In this document: piece by piece, positions 17,834 through 27,133 of the stretch
Position numbering within the stretch: the first letter of the stretch is position 1
Layout of the letters: each line of letters starts with the position of its first letter
Source of the DNA: a virus
Direction: 5' to 3' (one strand)
DNA length: 64,000 nucleotides
Virus record (IMG/VR): IMGVR_UViG_3300037483_001670
Span: 1 to 64,000 of that record
Notes under the pieces: generated by a model
What the model saw: only the letters and a program-made list of their open reading frames with translations
Told to the model about the DNA's origin: nothing
Database searches by the model: none
Translations under genes and position numbers: made by a program

Positions 17834-18198
17834 TCGACGACACCGGCCGCGACCCCGAAAAGGACTTCACGCCAGGGCTCTACCGGCACATGAAAAGCGG
17901 CGGCCTCTATACGGCGATGCGGCTCATCCGCCACGGAGCGAACCGCAAGCCCATGGTCGTGTTCGTCTCGCACCGATACGGCGGGGAGAGCACGCGGGCG
18001 CTTTACGGATGGCCGGGTGACGAAGAGGCGTGGCTCGACATGGTGAAGATCGAGATCAAGGGCGTTCCGGTAGAAGTCCGTCGTTTCGCGCACATCGGAG
18101 CCTTGCCGAGCGACACACCGATCGAGGATCGGGCGCAGGTCTTCATGCAGGAGCTCGAGGCGCTTGCCGAAGCCTCGCGGCTGACGAGCGGGCCGTGA
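17830..18198 (+). CDS. DUF1653-like protein
   Basis: PGLYRHMKSGGLY...MVVFVS pattern. Confidence 0.65.
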   Translation: MIDDTGRDPEKDFTPGLYRHMKSGGLYTAMRLIRHGANRKPMVVFVSHRYGGESTRALYGWPGDEEAWLDMVKIEIKGVPVEVRRFAHIGALPSDTPIEDRAQVFMQELEALAEASRLTSGP

Positions 18199-18401
18199 AC
18201 GATCGGATGCTCACCGAGATGGAGGCAGCGCGCGTGCGCCGGTTGGTCCTCGACAGAGGTGAGCCCGAGGTGGTGAAGATGCTCATGGTGTCCCGCTCCA
18301 CGTTACCTCGTCTGATTGCTCGCCTCCCGATGCAGCGCGGTACCGTGGCGCTCGTGAGACAGAGGTTGAAAGAGAGGGCAAATGGCAGAGTGGACCGATA
18401 A
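18195..18401 (+). CDS. Small HTH-like protein
   Basis: GTG overlapping the upstream stop; EVVKMLMVSRSTLPRL HTH-like segment. Confidence 0.5.
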   Translation: MNDRMLTEMEAARVRRLVLDRGEPEVVKMLMVSRSTLPRLIARLPMQRGTVALVRQRLKERANGRVDR

Positions 18402-18750
18402 GGATGTTGAGCGGATCGTTGTGAATCCCATCTACACAGGGATGGGCACGGTGCCGCAAATTGTTACCGATGACATGTTCGTGAAAGCCGCACAGCTGGC
18501 GATTCGACGCATGGGATCGGAAGCGTTTTTGCGTAAAATGCTCAAAGAGCTACGGGAGTCTCTCGATGGTAGCCATGTACACGTGGCGGAGGACTCGATC
18601 CTCCCGTGTGACCGAACCGACGAGCACATGCATTGTACGTGTTGCGGTCGGGCGTACGCGGATGCGGATCTGCACGACGGCATGAAGTGCGAGTGCGGCG
18701 CGAGCTTTAGGTTGAGCAAAGAAGGAGAAGCCGATGGCAGAAATGTCTGA
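18382..18750 (+). CDS. Hypothetical protein with C-terminal zinc ribbon
   Basis: CTCCGR...CECG. Confidence 0.65.
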   Translation: MAEWTDKDVERIVVNPIYTGMGTVPQIVTDDMFVKAAQLAIRRMGSEAFLRKMLKELRESLDGSHVHVAEDSILPCDRTDEHMHCTCCGRAYADADLHDGMKCECGASFRLSKEGEADGRNV

Positions 18751-19078
18751 TGTGTTTTCGCAGTTCAGGGACTTGCTTGGCAATTTGGATGGCCAACGAC
18801 ATCAAGTTGCAGAAGCTGGTCCGCCAGCGCCGTCGTCTGCCGTTCGATCGGTTTTGGCGTTGTCGATGGCTCTTGTCGAAGTGGTACGCACCGCCGAAGA
18901 GGAAAGTCGGCGCGAAATCAACGAGCACATGAAAATGGCCAATATGGGATACGAGGCCATGCGTCGTGGTGCGGAGGAGCAAGTCCGAACGCTCGAACGG
19001 TTGTTGTCCGATGCACGAATGCAAAACGATCGGCTCGAGGAAAAGCTTCGCCAGGCGCAAGCGCAGTCGCCGGCATGA
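18734..19078 (+). CDS. Coiled-coil hypothetical protein
   Basis: AAGGAG RBS; heptad-like C-terminus. Confidence 0.6.
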   Translation: MAEMSDVFSQFRDLLGNLDGQRHQVAEAGPPAPSSAVRSVLALSMALVEVVRTAEEESRREINEHMKMANMGYEAMRRGAEEQVRTLERLLSDARMQNDRLEEKLRQAQAQSPA

Positions 19079-19755
19079 TGCCCCTGCCGCTCGCCGTCAC
19101 GGTGCTGAACCGCTACGACCTCTTGCGCAAGATGCTGGAGTCGCTCGCGGCGGGCAGTATGGTTCCGAGGCAGATCCTCGTGCTCGACAATGGCGGTCGC
19201 TGGACGAAGGACACGAGGAGCGCGGGGGCGATGCCGCTTTGGAACCGCATCACGGTGCGGTCGGTTCGGCCCGGGCAGGCGATCGGTTTGGCGGCGAGCT
19301 GGAACGAGGCGCTTCGGTGGAGAGAGATGCGCGGCCTGAACGAGGTGCTCATCATCACGAACGACGACCTGGTGTGGGGGCGGAGCTCGTACGAGGCGCT
19401 CGTTGCCGGTGTCGAGTACGGCAAGCCCGATCTGGCGACGAGCGGTAACGTGGGCGGGTTCGTCTGCTTCGCGGGGACGCCCGAGCTCGTGGAGCGCGTC
19501 GGCTATTTCGACGAGCGATTTTTTCCGGCGTACTTCGAGGACGAAGATTACCACTACCGCATGCGCCTCCAGGGGCTCCATCCTCGCGGCGTGCCAGGAT
19601 GCACAATCGACCATCTGGAGAGCGGCTCGGTGCAGGGGATGCCCGAGGCCGAGCGCGACATCTTCAAGGGCCATTTCCAGAAAAACGCGATGCTCTACCG
19701 CCAGAAGTGGGGCGGCATGGTAGGGGAGGAGCAGTACACGGAGCCTGCGATCTAG
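19075..19755 (+). CDS. GT2-like glycosyltransferase, paralog of 16767..17507
   Basis: VLDNGG, GLAASWN, IITNDD, GYFDERFFPAYFEDEDYHYRM. Confidence 0.85.
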   Translation: MMPLPLAVTVLNRYDLLRKMLESLAAGSMVPRQILVLDNGGRWTKDTRSAGAMPLWNRITVRSVRPGQAIGLAASWNEALRWREMRGLNEVLIITNDDLVWGRSSYEALVAGVEYGKPDLATSGNVGGFVCFAGTPELVERVGYFDERFFPAYFEDEDYHYRMRLQGLHPRGVPGCTIDHLESGSVQGMPEAERDIFKGHFQKNAMLYRQKWGGMVGEEQYTEPAI

Positions 19756-19764
19756 AGTTGGGAC

Positions 19765-20121
19765 ATGGAGCGCGAGAAACAAATCGATGGCGATCGGCCT
19801 GTCGTGCACGTCGACGATCATGGGCTCCCGATCTATTGGGACATCCGGCTCAACGTCGAGCAGCGGGACAACCTGCTTTGGCTCCTCTGCGACGTCATCG
19901 GATGCGTGCGTTCGTACGGCATCGATCCGTTCAAGCTCGCGAACACCGGGGACTGGGTCATGGAAATCGCGCTCATGCTAGCTAGCACGCCTGGTGGTCA
20001 GCTCGGCCGGCAGTTCACTCACGATCGGCCCGTCGTGTCGGCCGAGGAGTTCCAGCAGACGCTCAATGCATGGGTAGCCAGGGTAGTGTCGGCGGCGCAC
20101 GTCGACATCGACGTGCCATGA
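19765..20121 (+). CDS. Hypothetical protein
   Basis: ORF within the operon, overlapping the next start. Confidence 0.6.
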   Translation: MEREKQIDGDRPVVHVDDHGLPIYWDIRLNVEQRDNLLWLLCDVIGCVRSYGIDPFKLANTGDWVMEIALMLASTPGGQLGRQFTHDRPVVSAEEFQQTLNAWVARVVSAAHVDIDVP

Positions 20122-21170
20122 TTCGGCTCTACGGCACCACCATGGGCTACGGCTCGTTTGCGCGGGTGACGGCCGGGGTCCGCGCCGCGCTCGAGGAGCT
20201 CAAGGTGCTCGCCGGCGTTGTGCCGCTCGACGCCTACGACGGCGAGATGACGTACGACGGCTGGGACGCTCCGGTGGCCGTCTACATCGGCAATCCCCTG
20301 TCGGCCGAGATCATGACCACCATTGGCGACCACGCCAAGCGGTACGTGCTCTTGCCTCCCAACTCCACGTGGATGCCGCTCGAGCTCCTTCAGCATGTCG
20401 CGAAATCGGCGACGCACCTTCTCGCTCCGAGCAGGTGGGCGCACGAGGTGCACAAGAAGTACGCGAAGGAGATCGGTCTCGGGACCTCGTACTGGGCGCA
20501 CGGCGTAGATCTCGCGTTTCGACCGTGGGCGCCCGACCACCTGACCGCGCAGCGCGCCTACGAGAATGGGCACTTCAAGGTGCTGCACATGACGTCGACA
20601 GTCGGCGACCGCAAAGGCACGGGCGAGCTGATCGAGGCCTGGCAGGACGCCGTTGCGGAGAATTGGCTCGGGCCGCACCCGGAGCTGACGGTGGTCGTCA
20701 ACGCGGAGCCGCGCGGCGATTGGCGCCGAGCGGGGGACAAATCGATCCTGTGGGCGCTGAGGGGCCACGGTTTGCCTGAAGGCGTCGCGGCGCAGTACTA
20801 CCGGCAGTTTCATGTGGTGTGCCAGCCGAGCCGCGGAGAGGGCTTTGGGCTCGTGCCGCTGGAAGCGCGCTGCTGCGGGGTGCCGGTCGTGGTGACGGCG
20901 TGTACCGGCCACGAGGAGCACGTGCGCCCGGACGAGGCCGGCGTTGTGGAAGTGCCGCATGGCCCGTACGCACCGACCGATGACGGGCCTGGCGCGACGT
21001 CGCCGAGCGTCGCGCCAGCCTCCATCTCGCGTATGCTGCGCGTCGCGCACGCCAATTGGCAAGCGCTCTCGGACGAGGCGTTGCTATTTGCCGAAGGGCT
21101 CCGACGGAAGTGGACGTGGACGGCGGTAACGAAAGAGTGGTTGGAACGTGAGAAAGGGGCAGTCGAATGA
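20118..21170 (+). CDS. GT4-like glycosyltransferase
   Basis: VCQPSRGEGFGLVPLEARCCGVPVVVT. Confidence 0.85.
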   Translation: MIRLYGTTMGYGSFARVTAGVRAALEELKVLAGVVPLDAYDGEMTYDGWDAPVAVYIGNPLSAEIMTTIGDHAKRYVLLPPNSTWMPLELLQHVAKSATHLLAPSRWAHEVHKKYAKEIGLGTSYWAHGVDLAFRPWAPDHLTAQRAYENGHFKVLHMTSTVGDRKGTGELIEAWQDAVAENWLGPHPELTVVVNAEPRGDWRRAGDKSILWALRGHGLPEGVAAQYYRQFHVVCQPSRGEGFGLVPLEARCCGVPVVVTACTGHEEHVRPDEAGVVEVPHGPYAPTDDGPGATSPSVAPASISRMLRVAHANWQALSDEALLFAEGLRRKWTWTAVTKEWLEREKGAVE

Positions 21171-21493
21171 CGAATGAAGATCTGAAGCTCTTCGTGAATC
21201 GGTACGTGATGATGCAGTTTCGGAGCCAGCAGTGGCTCGTGCCGCACGAAGAGGGAGGCAAGCCCATGCCAACCGGGGTGCAGCGACGCACGTCGCAGGA
21301 CCAACCGCCCGAGATGGTGCCACTGACCGTGCCGTTCTTGGTAGGCAAGCTCGTCGAGCGCAACGGCTCGCTGCTCGTGCAGTTCATGGAGTTCAAGCCG
21401 GATAGCCCGACCAAAATCGAAGTGATCATCAATCCGGACATGATCTTCTCGGTGTCGGCGTTGAGCGAGGAGCGGCTCATCACCGCGCCCTAG
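21167..21493 (+). CDS. Hypothetical protein
   Basis: Coupled ORF, typical codon usage. Confidence 0.65.
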   Translation: MTNEDLKLFVNRYVMMQFRSQQWLVPHEEGGKPMPTGVQRRTSQDQPPEMVPLTVPFLVGKLVERNGSLLVQFMEFKPDSPTKIEVIINPDMIFSVSALSEERLITAP

Positions 21494-21496
21494 GCG

Positions 21497-22114
21497 ATGG
21501 CGCAGGTCGGGCCGGAGGTCTTTCGTCGCAAGCTGATTCAACGGCTCATCGACGAAACCAGGTGGCCGCGTCAGGCGGCGCTCTCCGGCGTCCATCCGCG
21601 TTTTGCAGAGAGGCTCGGCGTCACCGAGTCCGTGTTCCTCGAAGCGGTCGACGCGGTGCGGGCGGGCTACCGAACGAAACCGAGCGATCGGAAGCGATCG
21701 ACGCTCGTAACGCTCCGCATGGTGACGCCCATCGAGATCACGTACTTGGTCGACAACCTGGCCGTTACGCTCGATCGAACACGCACCGGGCTGATTCGGG
21801 ACCTCGTCCATGCGGCGATGCTCTCGACGCACGAGCCAACCCGGCAGCCGCGCGCGAAGATCAAGAAGATGGTTTTTCGTGATCGGCTGCTGTCGGGAAA
21901 GTGGCGGTACGACGGGCCGCGGATCTCGCAGGGGCTGAAGGCTGCCGTCGTGCGGCGAGCCCATGCGTTCGGGGAGGCGCCCAGCTTGTATGTGCGCGCG
22001 TGGCTTATTGATCTCGTTGAAGGGCGGCTCGGCGACCTCGAGATTCCTCCGATTCGGTCGGGGCAGATGTTCGACTCCCCGGAGGCCTACGTCTTGCCGG
22101 CGCGCACGAAATAG
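21497..22114 (+). CDS. Putative DNA-binding protein with two ribbon-helix-helix-like modules
   Basis: LVTLRMVTPIEITYLVDNLAVTLDRTRTGLIRDLV and PRISQGLKAAVVRRAHAFGEAPSLYVRAWL. Confidence 0.5.
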   Translation: MAQVGPEVFRRKLIQRLIDETRWPRQAALSGVHPRFAERLGVTESVFLEAVDAVRAGYRTKPSDRKRSTLVTLRMVTPIEITYLVDNLAVTLDRTRTGLIRDLVHAAMLSTHEPTRQPRAKIKKMVFRDRLLSGKWRYDGPRISQGLKAAVVRRAHAFGEAPSLYVRAWLIDLVEGRLGDLEIPPIRSGQMFDSPEAYVLPARTK

Positions 22115-22134
22115 CGCTACGATGTCGAATTGAA

Positions 22135-22602
22135 GTGACCGCAGCTGTACAAATAGGCAATTGCCTGCTCGACGTGACGAAGGTGGGGCGCAAGCTCTAC
22201 CAAGGATCGCAGCCGGTTCCGGGGCCCTCGGTGCGCCGTTGCGGGTTCGACGTGCTCGTGCTGGCAGCAAAAGAAATTCAGCCGCCGCCGAGTCTCTATC
22301 CGGGGGTCGAGATCGTGCGGGCACGCATCGACGACAGCGGGCCTCCGCTCACGCGCGAGGAATGGATCGAAGCGGTGCGCGCCGGGCGGCACGTGGCCGG
22401 CAAGGTCGTCGCGGGCCAACGCGTGCTGACGACCTGCGCGAAGGGTTTGAACCGCAGCGGCATGGTGAACGCGATTGCGCTGCATCTGCTCACCGGTCGA
22501 TCGGGCGCCGAGATCGTTGACTACCTGCGCAAAAAGCGACAAGGCGCGCTCAGCAACAGGTATTTCGTGCACGCGCTGTCGCAGCTGACAGCGAAGCGCT
22601 GA
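22135..22602 (+). CDS. Dual-specificity (CX5R) phosphatase
   Basis: RIDD general-acid loop and VLTTCAKGLNRSG P-loop. Confidence 0.85.
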   Translation: MTAAVQIGNCLLDVTKVGRKLYQGSQPVPGPSVRRCGFDVLVLAAKEIQPPPSLYPGVEIVRARIDDSGPPLTREEWIEAVRAGRHVAGKVVAGQRVLTTCAKGLNRSGMVNAIALHLLTGRSGAEIVDYLRKKRQGALSNRYFVHALSQLTAKR

Positions 22603-22812
22603 GCGCGCGGGCCCGGTCGACGAGCCTCGTGCAGTTGCCGCATTTCTGAAAGCCGTTCTCGATGAGACGGCCCGGGGCGACAATCCCGCATGGCGAAGCG
22701 AAGCGCGCGGGCATGGGTCGGCCGACGCCGGTCTGCGCCGCATGCTGTTCGAGGACCGCGTGCGCGACGTTGGAGTAGCCCGGAAACTCCGGCCGAAACC
22801 AACGGACCCGTG

Positions 22813-23523
22813 TCAGATCCATCGCAGATGCTTCGACGTCTGTTGCTGCATCTTGCGCGTGGCCATGAACCCAACGTAGGCGCCCACGGCCGAAACGAGG
22901 GTGATGGCCCACGGCTTGGGCGACGGGTAGAGCGGCGGGATCGGGACATTCGGCGAGCCGAAGCCGTTGTCGAGCGCGCCGTTCGATCCTTGGATGACCC
23001 AGAGCGGGTAGGGGCTCCCGTCCGTGCAGACGCCCCAGTAGCCCTTCTGGCACTTCGTGGTGGCGCTGAGGCAGATGATTTGGCCCGCGTTGTAGGCGAT
23101 GGCGGCCGACACGAACTCGCCCTTGTAGCGCTTCAGGAGCCCGGCAAAGTGGGCCACGCCGAGCTCGAGGTTGTAGAGCGGATCGTAGAGATCGCTGTTG
23201 CTCGTCAGCGGCTTGCCGATGCTCGCACCCACGATTTTGGCCGTGCCGGGCATCAGCTGCATGAGTCCGATGGCGCCGGCCGACGACGTGGCTTTGGGGT
23301 CGCCGGCGGGGTCTTCCACGGCCATGAGGGCCGCGATCCAGTGTGGAGGCGTGTTGTACTGCGCCGAGAGCGCGAGGATCGCGTCCTTCCACTTCGTCAC
23401 GCCGGCTGGCCACTTCTTCGGCTTGACGACGCCTACGTCCTCGACCTCGATGCGGCCGTCGTCCAAGTACCGCCAGCGCGCCTGAACGCTGGAGCATGGA
23501 AAGGTGATCCAGGCGCTCGCCAT
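22813..23523 (-). CDS. SLT-family lytic transglycosylase with C-terminal membrane anchor
   Basis: ALMAVE, SSAGAIGLMQLMPGTA, AAIAYNAG; C-terminal TM WAITLVSAVGAYVGFMA. Confidence 0.9.
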   Translation of the reverse strand: MASAWITFPCSSVQARWRYLDDGRIEVEDVGVVKPKKWPAGVTKWKDAILALSAQYNTPPHWIAALMAVEDPAGDPKATSSAGAIGLMQLMPGTAKIVGASIGKPLTSNSDLYDPLYNLELGVAHFAGLLKRYKGEFVSAAIAYNAGQIICLSATTKCQKGYWGVCTDGSPYPLWVIQGSNGALDNGFGSPNVPIPPLYPSPKPWAITLVSAVGAYVGFMATRKMQQQTSKHLRWI

Positions 23524-23555
23524 CCACTCGAGCGTACCACGGGCTTTCCGCCGAG

Positions 23556-23834
23556 TCAGCCGGAGGTCGGCTTGTCGTCTTCGATGGGAATTGCGACGGC
23601 GATGAGCCTGTACTTTCCGGGCTTCAGCTTGGGCAGACCTGAAGGCTCTGTGCTACCCAAAGTCGCACCGCCAAAGCTCAAGTTGCGGAGCGTGCGGTCG
23701 AGGAGGCAGACGTCGAAGGCGAGCTGACCGTCCCGTGTGCCGCTCACATGGGCCGGTGCGAGCGTGAACTCTCGCATCCATACGGCCTCCGCCTTCTCGA
23801 GAAGTCTGATCTGGTTGTTTTCGAGCCATCGCAT
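23556..23834 (-). CDS. Hypothetical protein
   Basis: ORF with plausible composition; overlaps 23744..23965. Confidence 0.5.
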   Translation of the reverse strand: MRWLENNQIRLLEKAEAVWMREFTLAPAHVSGTRDGQLAFDVCLLDRTLRNLSFGGATLGSTEPSGLPKLKPGKYRLIAVAIPIEDDKPTSG

Positions 23835-23969
23835 TTCGATTGCTGCTCGACGAGGAATTGATCGGTGATGGTTTTGCGTTGGCGCTCGAGCTCGTCGACG
23901 GCGTTTCTGATCGTGCGGTCGAGCTCCGCCTGAAGGGCGTCTAGGTCGGTGGTCGGTCGGGCCATGGCG

Positions 23970-24239
23970 TCACCCTACTGCGATTTCATGGTGCTTGCCC
24001 TGTCGAATCGCGTCGACGAGCTCGCGGAGCGTGCGCGCGCGGCCATACGCTGCTGCGGAGTTGGTGCCCACGTGGAGGCGCCGACCGGCGTCTTCCCACC
24101 GCTCGGCTGCCATCTCGAGCAAATGAAGAACGTTGGCGCGCTCGATCGCGGCCGCCATGTCACTCGTTTTGGGGCAGAAGGGGCAGCCGTTGCGTTGGTC
24201 GTAATGGCAGCTGTGCACGTCGCAGCGTCGGATGTCCAT
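23970..24239 (-). CDS. Small Cys-rich hypothetical protein
   Basis: CDVHSCH...CPFC. Confidence 0.55.
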   Translation of the reverse strand: MDIRRCDVHSCHYDQRNGCPFCPKTSDMAAAIERANVLHLLEMAAERWEDAGRRLHVGTNSAAAYGRARTLRELVDAIRQGKHHEIAVG

Positions 24240-24263
24240 CGAGTTGTGGTACGATCATAACCG

Positions 24264-24827
24264 ATGGACTCTGCCCGAAGGGCTTGGATCTACAGCGGTC
24301 TAGCGCTTCAAGGGGACGTAGGACTCGTCGCCACGTCCCCGAGCCACGCAGCGCCCGAGTCCTTGCAGCTTCTCACGCACCGCGGAGATCTGGCTCTTTT
24401 TGGCGACGAGCTCGCGGTGGGGCTCGGGACGCCGCTCGCCGAGCTCGCACACGGCCATGTCCGGTTCGGGATGCGCGCCCACGACAAATCGGCGCCGTAC
24501 GATTGGGTGCGGTTCCAGTGGATGGCCGATTTCGTTCGAACGCAGCCAGGACCGACGGTGTTCCTGGGCGTCTTCCGCGGCGGGTACGCGGCGGATCACT
24601 CCGACTACGTGATGCAAACGATCGAGACCATTGCCAGCACGAACGGCAGCACGGTGGCGTGGCTCGGTCCCCCCGGGCAGAGCGTGCTCACGTACGGTGG
24701 AAAACTGGGCCCGCACCAGCTGTTCGCCGCGGACGACCTCGACATCCAGCTCGGCCCGGACGAGTCCCACCCGACGGCGGTGGGTTACGCCGGCTGGGCG
24801 GGGGCCATCTGGGCCTGGTTGACCTGA
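24264..24827 (+). CDS. SGNH/GDSL-like protein with Ser-to-Glu at the nucleophile position
   Basis: FGDELAVG in place of GDS(L); DESHPTAVGY block V. Confidence 0.7.
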   Translation: MDSARRAWIYSGLALQGDVGLVATSPSHAAPESLQLLTHRGDLALFGDELAVGLGTPLAELAHGHVRFGMRAHDKSAPYDWVRFQWMADFVRTQPGPTVFLGVFRGGYAADHSDYVMQTIETIASTNGSTVAWLGPPGQSVLTYGGKLGPHQLFAADDLDIQLGPDESHPTAVGYAGWAGAIWAWLT

Positions 24828-25707
24828 CGGTTCACGCCTTTCGGAGCATGTGACGCTGTTTGTCGAGAGCCGCCCGCCCTGCGCGTGTGAGCCGGAACGC
24901 CGGCCGCGGCCTGCTGTGTAGGGTGCTCATGATGAGCCCGCGATCCATCAGCGCGTCGTAGGTTGATTTTCCGAACCCGCCTCGAGACGCCGGCATGTGC
25001 TGCGCGCCATGGCCCTCCGCGTCGATGTCAGCGAGAGCCCGAAGCTGAACGAGGGTGACGCGGCATGGCCACGGTTCCGGCTCCTTCTCGGGATCGAACG
25101 GAATGATCTCGTACGGCGTGTCGGGACGCTCGCCCTTGAAGACGGCCAGCGTGCGCTCCGCTTCTTCGCGTGTGCCCGAATGCGGATGCTCCGGGTTGGG
25201 CAGGTGAAAATAGCACCACCCGCCAGGAGGTCGGCCGCCCCACACCCCGAAGAGCTCGTCAGTCACGTCTGCCTCGCGCAGGGCTCCACCGACAAGATGA
25301 GCAAGTGTTTGCGCTCGCGCATCTTGATCGTCCCGAGCTTCTTGGGGTTGTCGGGCGGGTAGTCGCGCATCGACTCGATCGCCTCTTTGCGCAGCGACAT
25401 CTGTACCTGAAAGACGGCCTGCGTGGCGTCGAAGGCCAGCACCTCCACCACGCGGGTCTCCGGCGAGCCGAACGCTTCCTTGCAGCCCGCCCGCATCTCG
25501 GGCGACGTGTACAGGAGACCGTAGCCGAACTCGAACTTGACCGAGAATCGGAAGGGGCCGTCCACGACTACGAGCCCTCGGTCTCGAGCTTGCGCCGGAG
25601 CTCCGCTTCCTGGGCCTGTAGCTGGCGCAGACGGTCGAGATCGGCGGCGCGCGCCCGCTCGACGGCCGGATCGGCCGGCGCTTCGTAGGGGCGTTCAGAA
25701 GCCGCGC

Positions 25708-26268
25708 CTAGCGTCGGCTTCCAGCGGAACGGGCCGGCGCGCCAGACTTCGCGGGCAATTTGCATCGGGCAGGAGACGAGGTGGTCGTTCGGGCCGAGGC
25801 GACGCTCGGCGTGGCCACAGTCGCAGAGGACGCCCGAGCGCTTTTGGTAGTCTTCGAGCGACTCGGAATAGCCCTGGGGGCGGGGGTAGGGGTTGGCGAG
25901 CTCCGATGTAGGCTTGGGGACGGGCTTGGGCATGGGGCGACCTCTCCGTTGTGGTGAGCGAGAAACTGCGCCGAGTTTGCGAAGCAGAGGGTTTTGTTCG
26001 GCGGCAGGACTAGGATCTCGCGATCCCGCGGCACCTTGCAAACGTTGCCGCGGTAGATGGCGCCGCCGGCGCACTGGGCTCCGATGAGCGTGTGGCAATC
26101 GAGGCGCGCCTCGCCGTGCGCGTCGCGCTGCCACTCTTCGGGCGTCGACTCGCCGAGCCATCCGGGAACGGCGGTTCGCGCGAATGGGCAATCGGAGCAC
26201 GGTTTCTTGTGCTGCCCCTTGGCGGGCTTGCCTTCGAGGTAGGTGAGGAGCTGTCGGCGCCGCTTCAC
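25708..26268 (-). CDS. Cys-rich phage protein, DUF6283-like; C-terminal part runs into the next gene
   Basis: KPCSDCPFARTAVPGWLG...LDCH...QCAG. Confidence 0.5.
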   Translation of the reverse strand: MKRRRQLLTYLEGKPAKGQHKKPCSDCPFARTAVPGWLGESTPEEWQRDAHGEARLDCHTLIGAQCAGGAIYRGNVCKVPRDREILVLPPNKTLCFANSAQFLAHHNGEVAPCPSPSPSLHRSSPTPTPAPRAIPSRSKTTKSARASSATVATPSVASARTTTSSPARCKLPAKSGAPARSAGSRR

Positions 26269-26578
26269 GTCGGTTCGTCCTTCCAAACGTCGGCGACGAA
26301 GAGGCGCGGGGGAGGGGGCGCTTCGAGCAAGCCGATCAGCGCGACATCGGGCGTTTGGTAGTCGTCGGGGTAGAAGTCCCAGAAGTGCCCTTGCCTTGGG
26401 CCTCCACTGTGCCGAAGAAACTGATCGGCGTAGCGCACGACGCAGATCTGTTTGAGCGTGACGGCGTTGACGTAGGTCGGGTCGATGCGCGCATTTCGGC
26501 GCCAGTGGTGCCAGTTGCCGTGTTGGCTGTCGAGCAGCGCCGCGAGCAGCGATTCGACGGTGAAGAGCTTCGGATCGA

Positions 26579-27133
26579 TCATCGTCCGGAGCCTGCACGC
26601 GAGCATGGAAGGAAGTGAGCGGTTACCCCTGGTCGCTGGACGTGTCCGCAATTGGGGCAACGGTTGGCCAGCAAAGGCATGCTGACCTCCTCGAAAACAG
26701 CCAGTGCTCGAGCCTCGGTCGCGCCGTACGTGTCGAGTCCAGGATGATCGGGAAGGTGCGCGCGAAACCGACCGTCTGCCTGCTGTTCCACTTTAACTTT
26801 AATTTGTGGACGGCTGGACCACTTAGCGATCCAGCCGTCGATGTCCGACGATCGGGGGCTGCCGAGTGCGACCAGCAACGAGCCGAGGCGCTCCAGGTGG
26901 CCGCCGTCGAGCGTGCCGATGATTTCGTTGAACGGCACTTTGGCTTCGCCGTTCCACAGGTCGAAGCAAACGAGCAACATGACGGCCTCCCCGTGCGACA
27001 TGCCGCCGCCGCGCGTTCCCAAGAGAGGGATCGCTTCGGGCGTGGGGCCGTCGTTCGTCCAAAGGCGCTCGAGTCGAACGCCCTTCAGGAGTATCTGGAC
27101 GGCGCGGCTGATCTGGCGGTCATCCCGGAACAT
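26579..27133 (-). CDS. Hypothetical protein with C-terminal HicB-like domain and zinc ribbon
   Basis: VKVEQQADGRFRAHLPDHPGLDTYGATEARAL; CPNCGH. Confidence 0.6.
   Translation of the reverse strand: MFRDDRQISRAVQILLKGVRLERLWTNDGPTPEAIPLLGTRGGGMSHGEAVMLLVCFDLWNGEAKVPFNEIIGTLDGGHLERLGSLLVALGSPRSSDIDGWIAKWSSRPQIKVKVEQQADGRFRAHLPDHPGLDTYGATEARALAVFEEVSMPLLANRCPNCGHVQRPGVTAHFLPCSRAGSGR

Noticed and set aside
11163-21170. Host O-antigen or capsule locus
   Set aside because: No wzx/wzy/wzm/wzt or nucleotide-sugar core genes, and the transferases are interspersed with phage-type hypotheticals.
23744-23965. Programmed frameshift joining 23744..23965 and 23556..23834
   Set aside because: The 90-nt overlap is real but I see no slippery sequence; may be a mis-called start.
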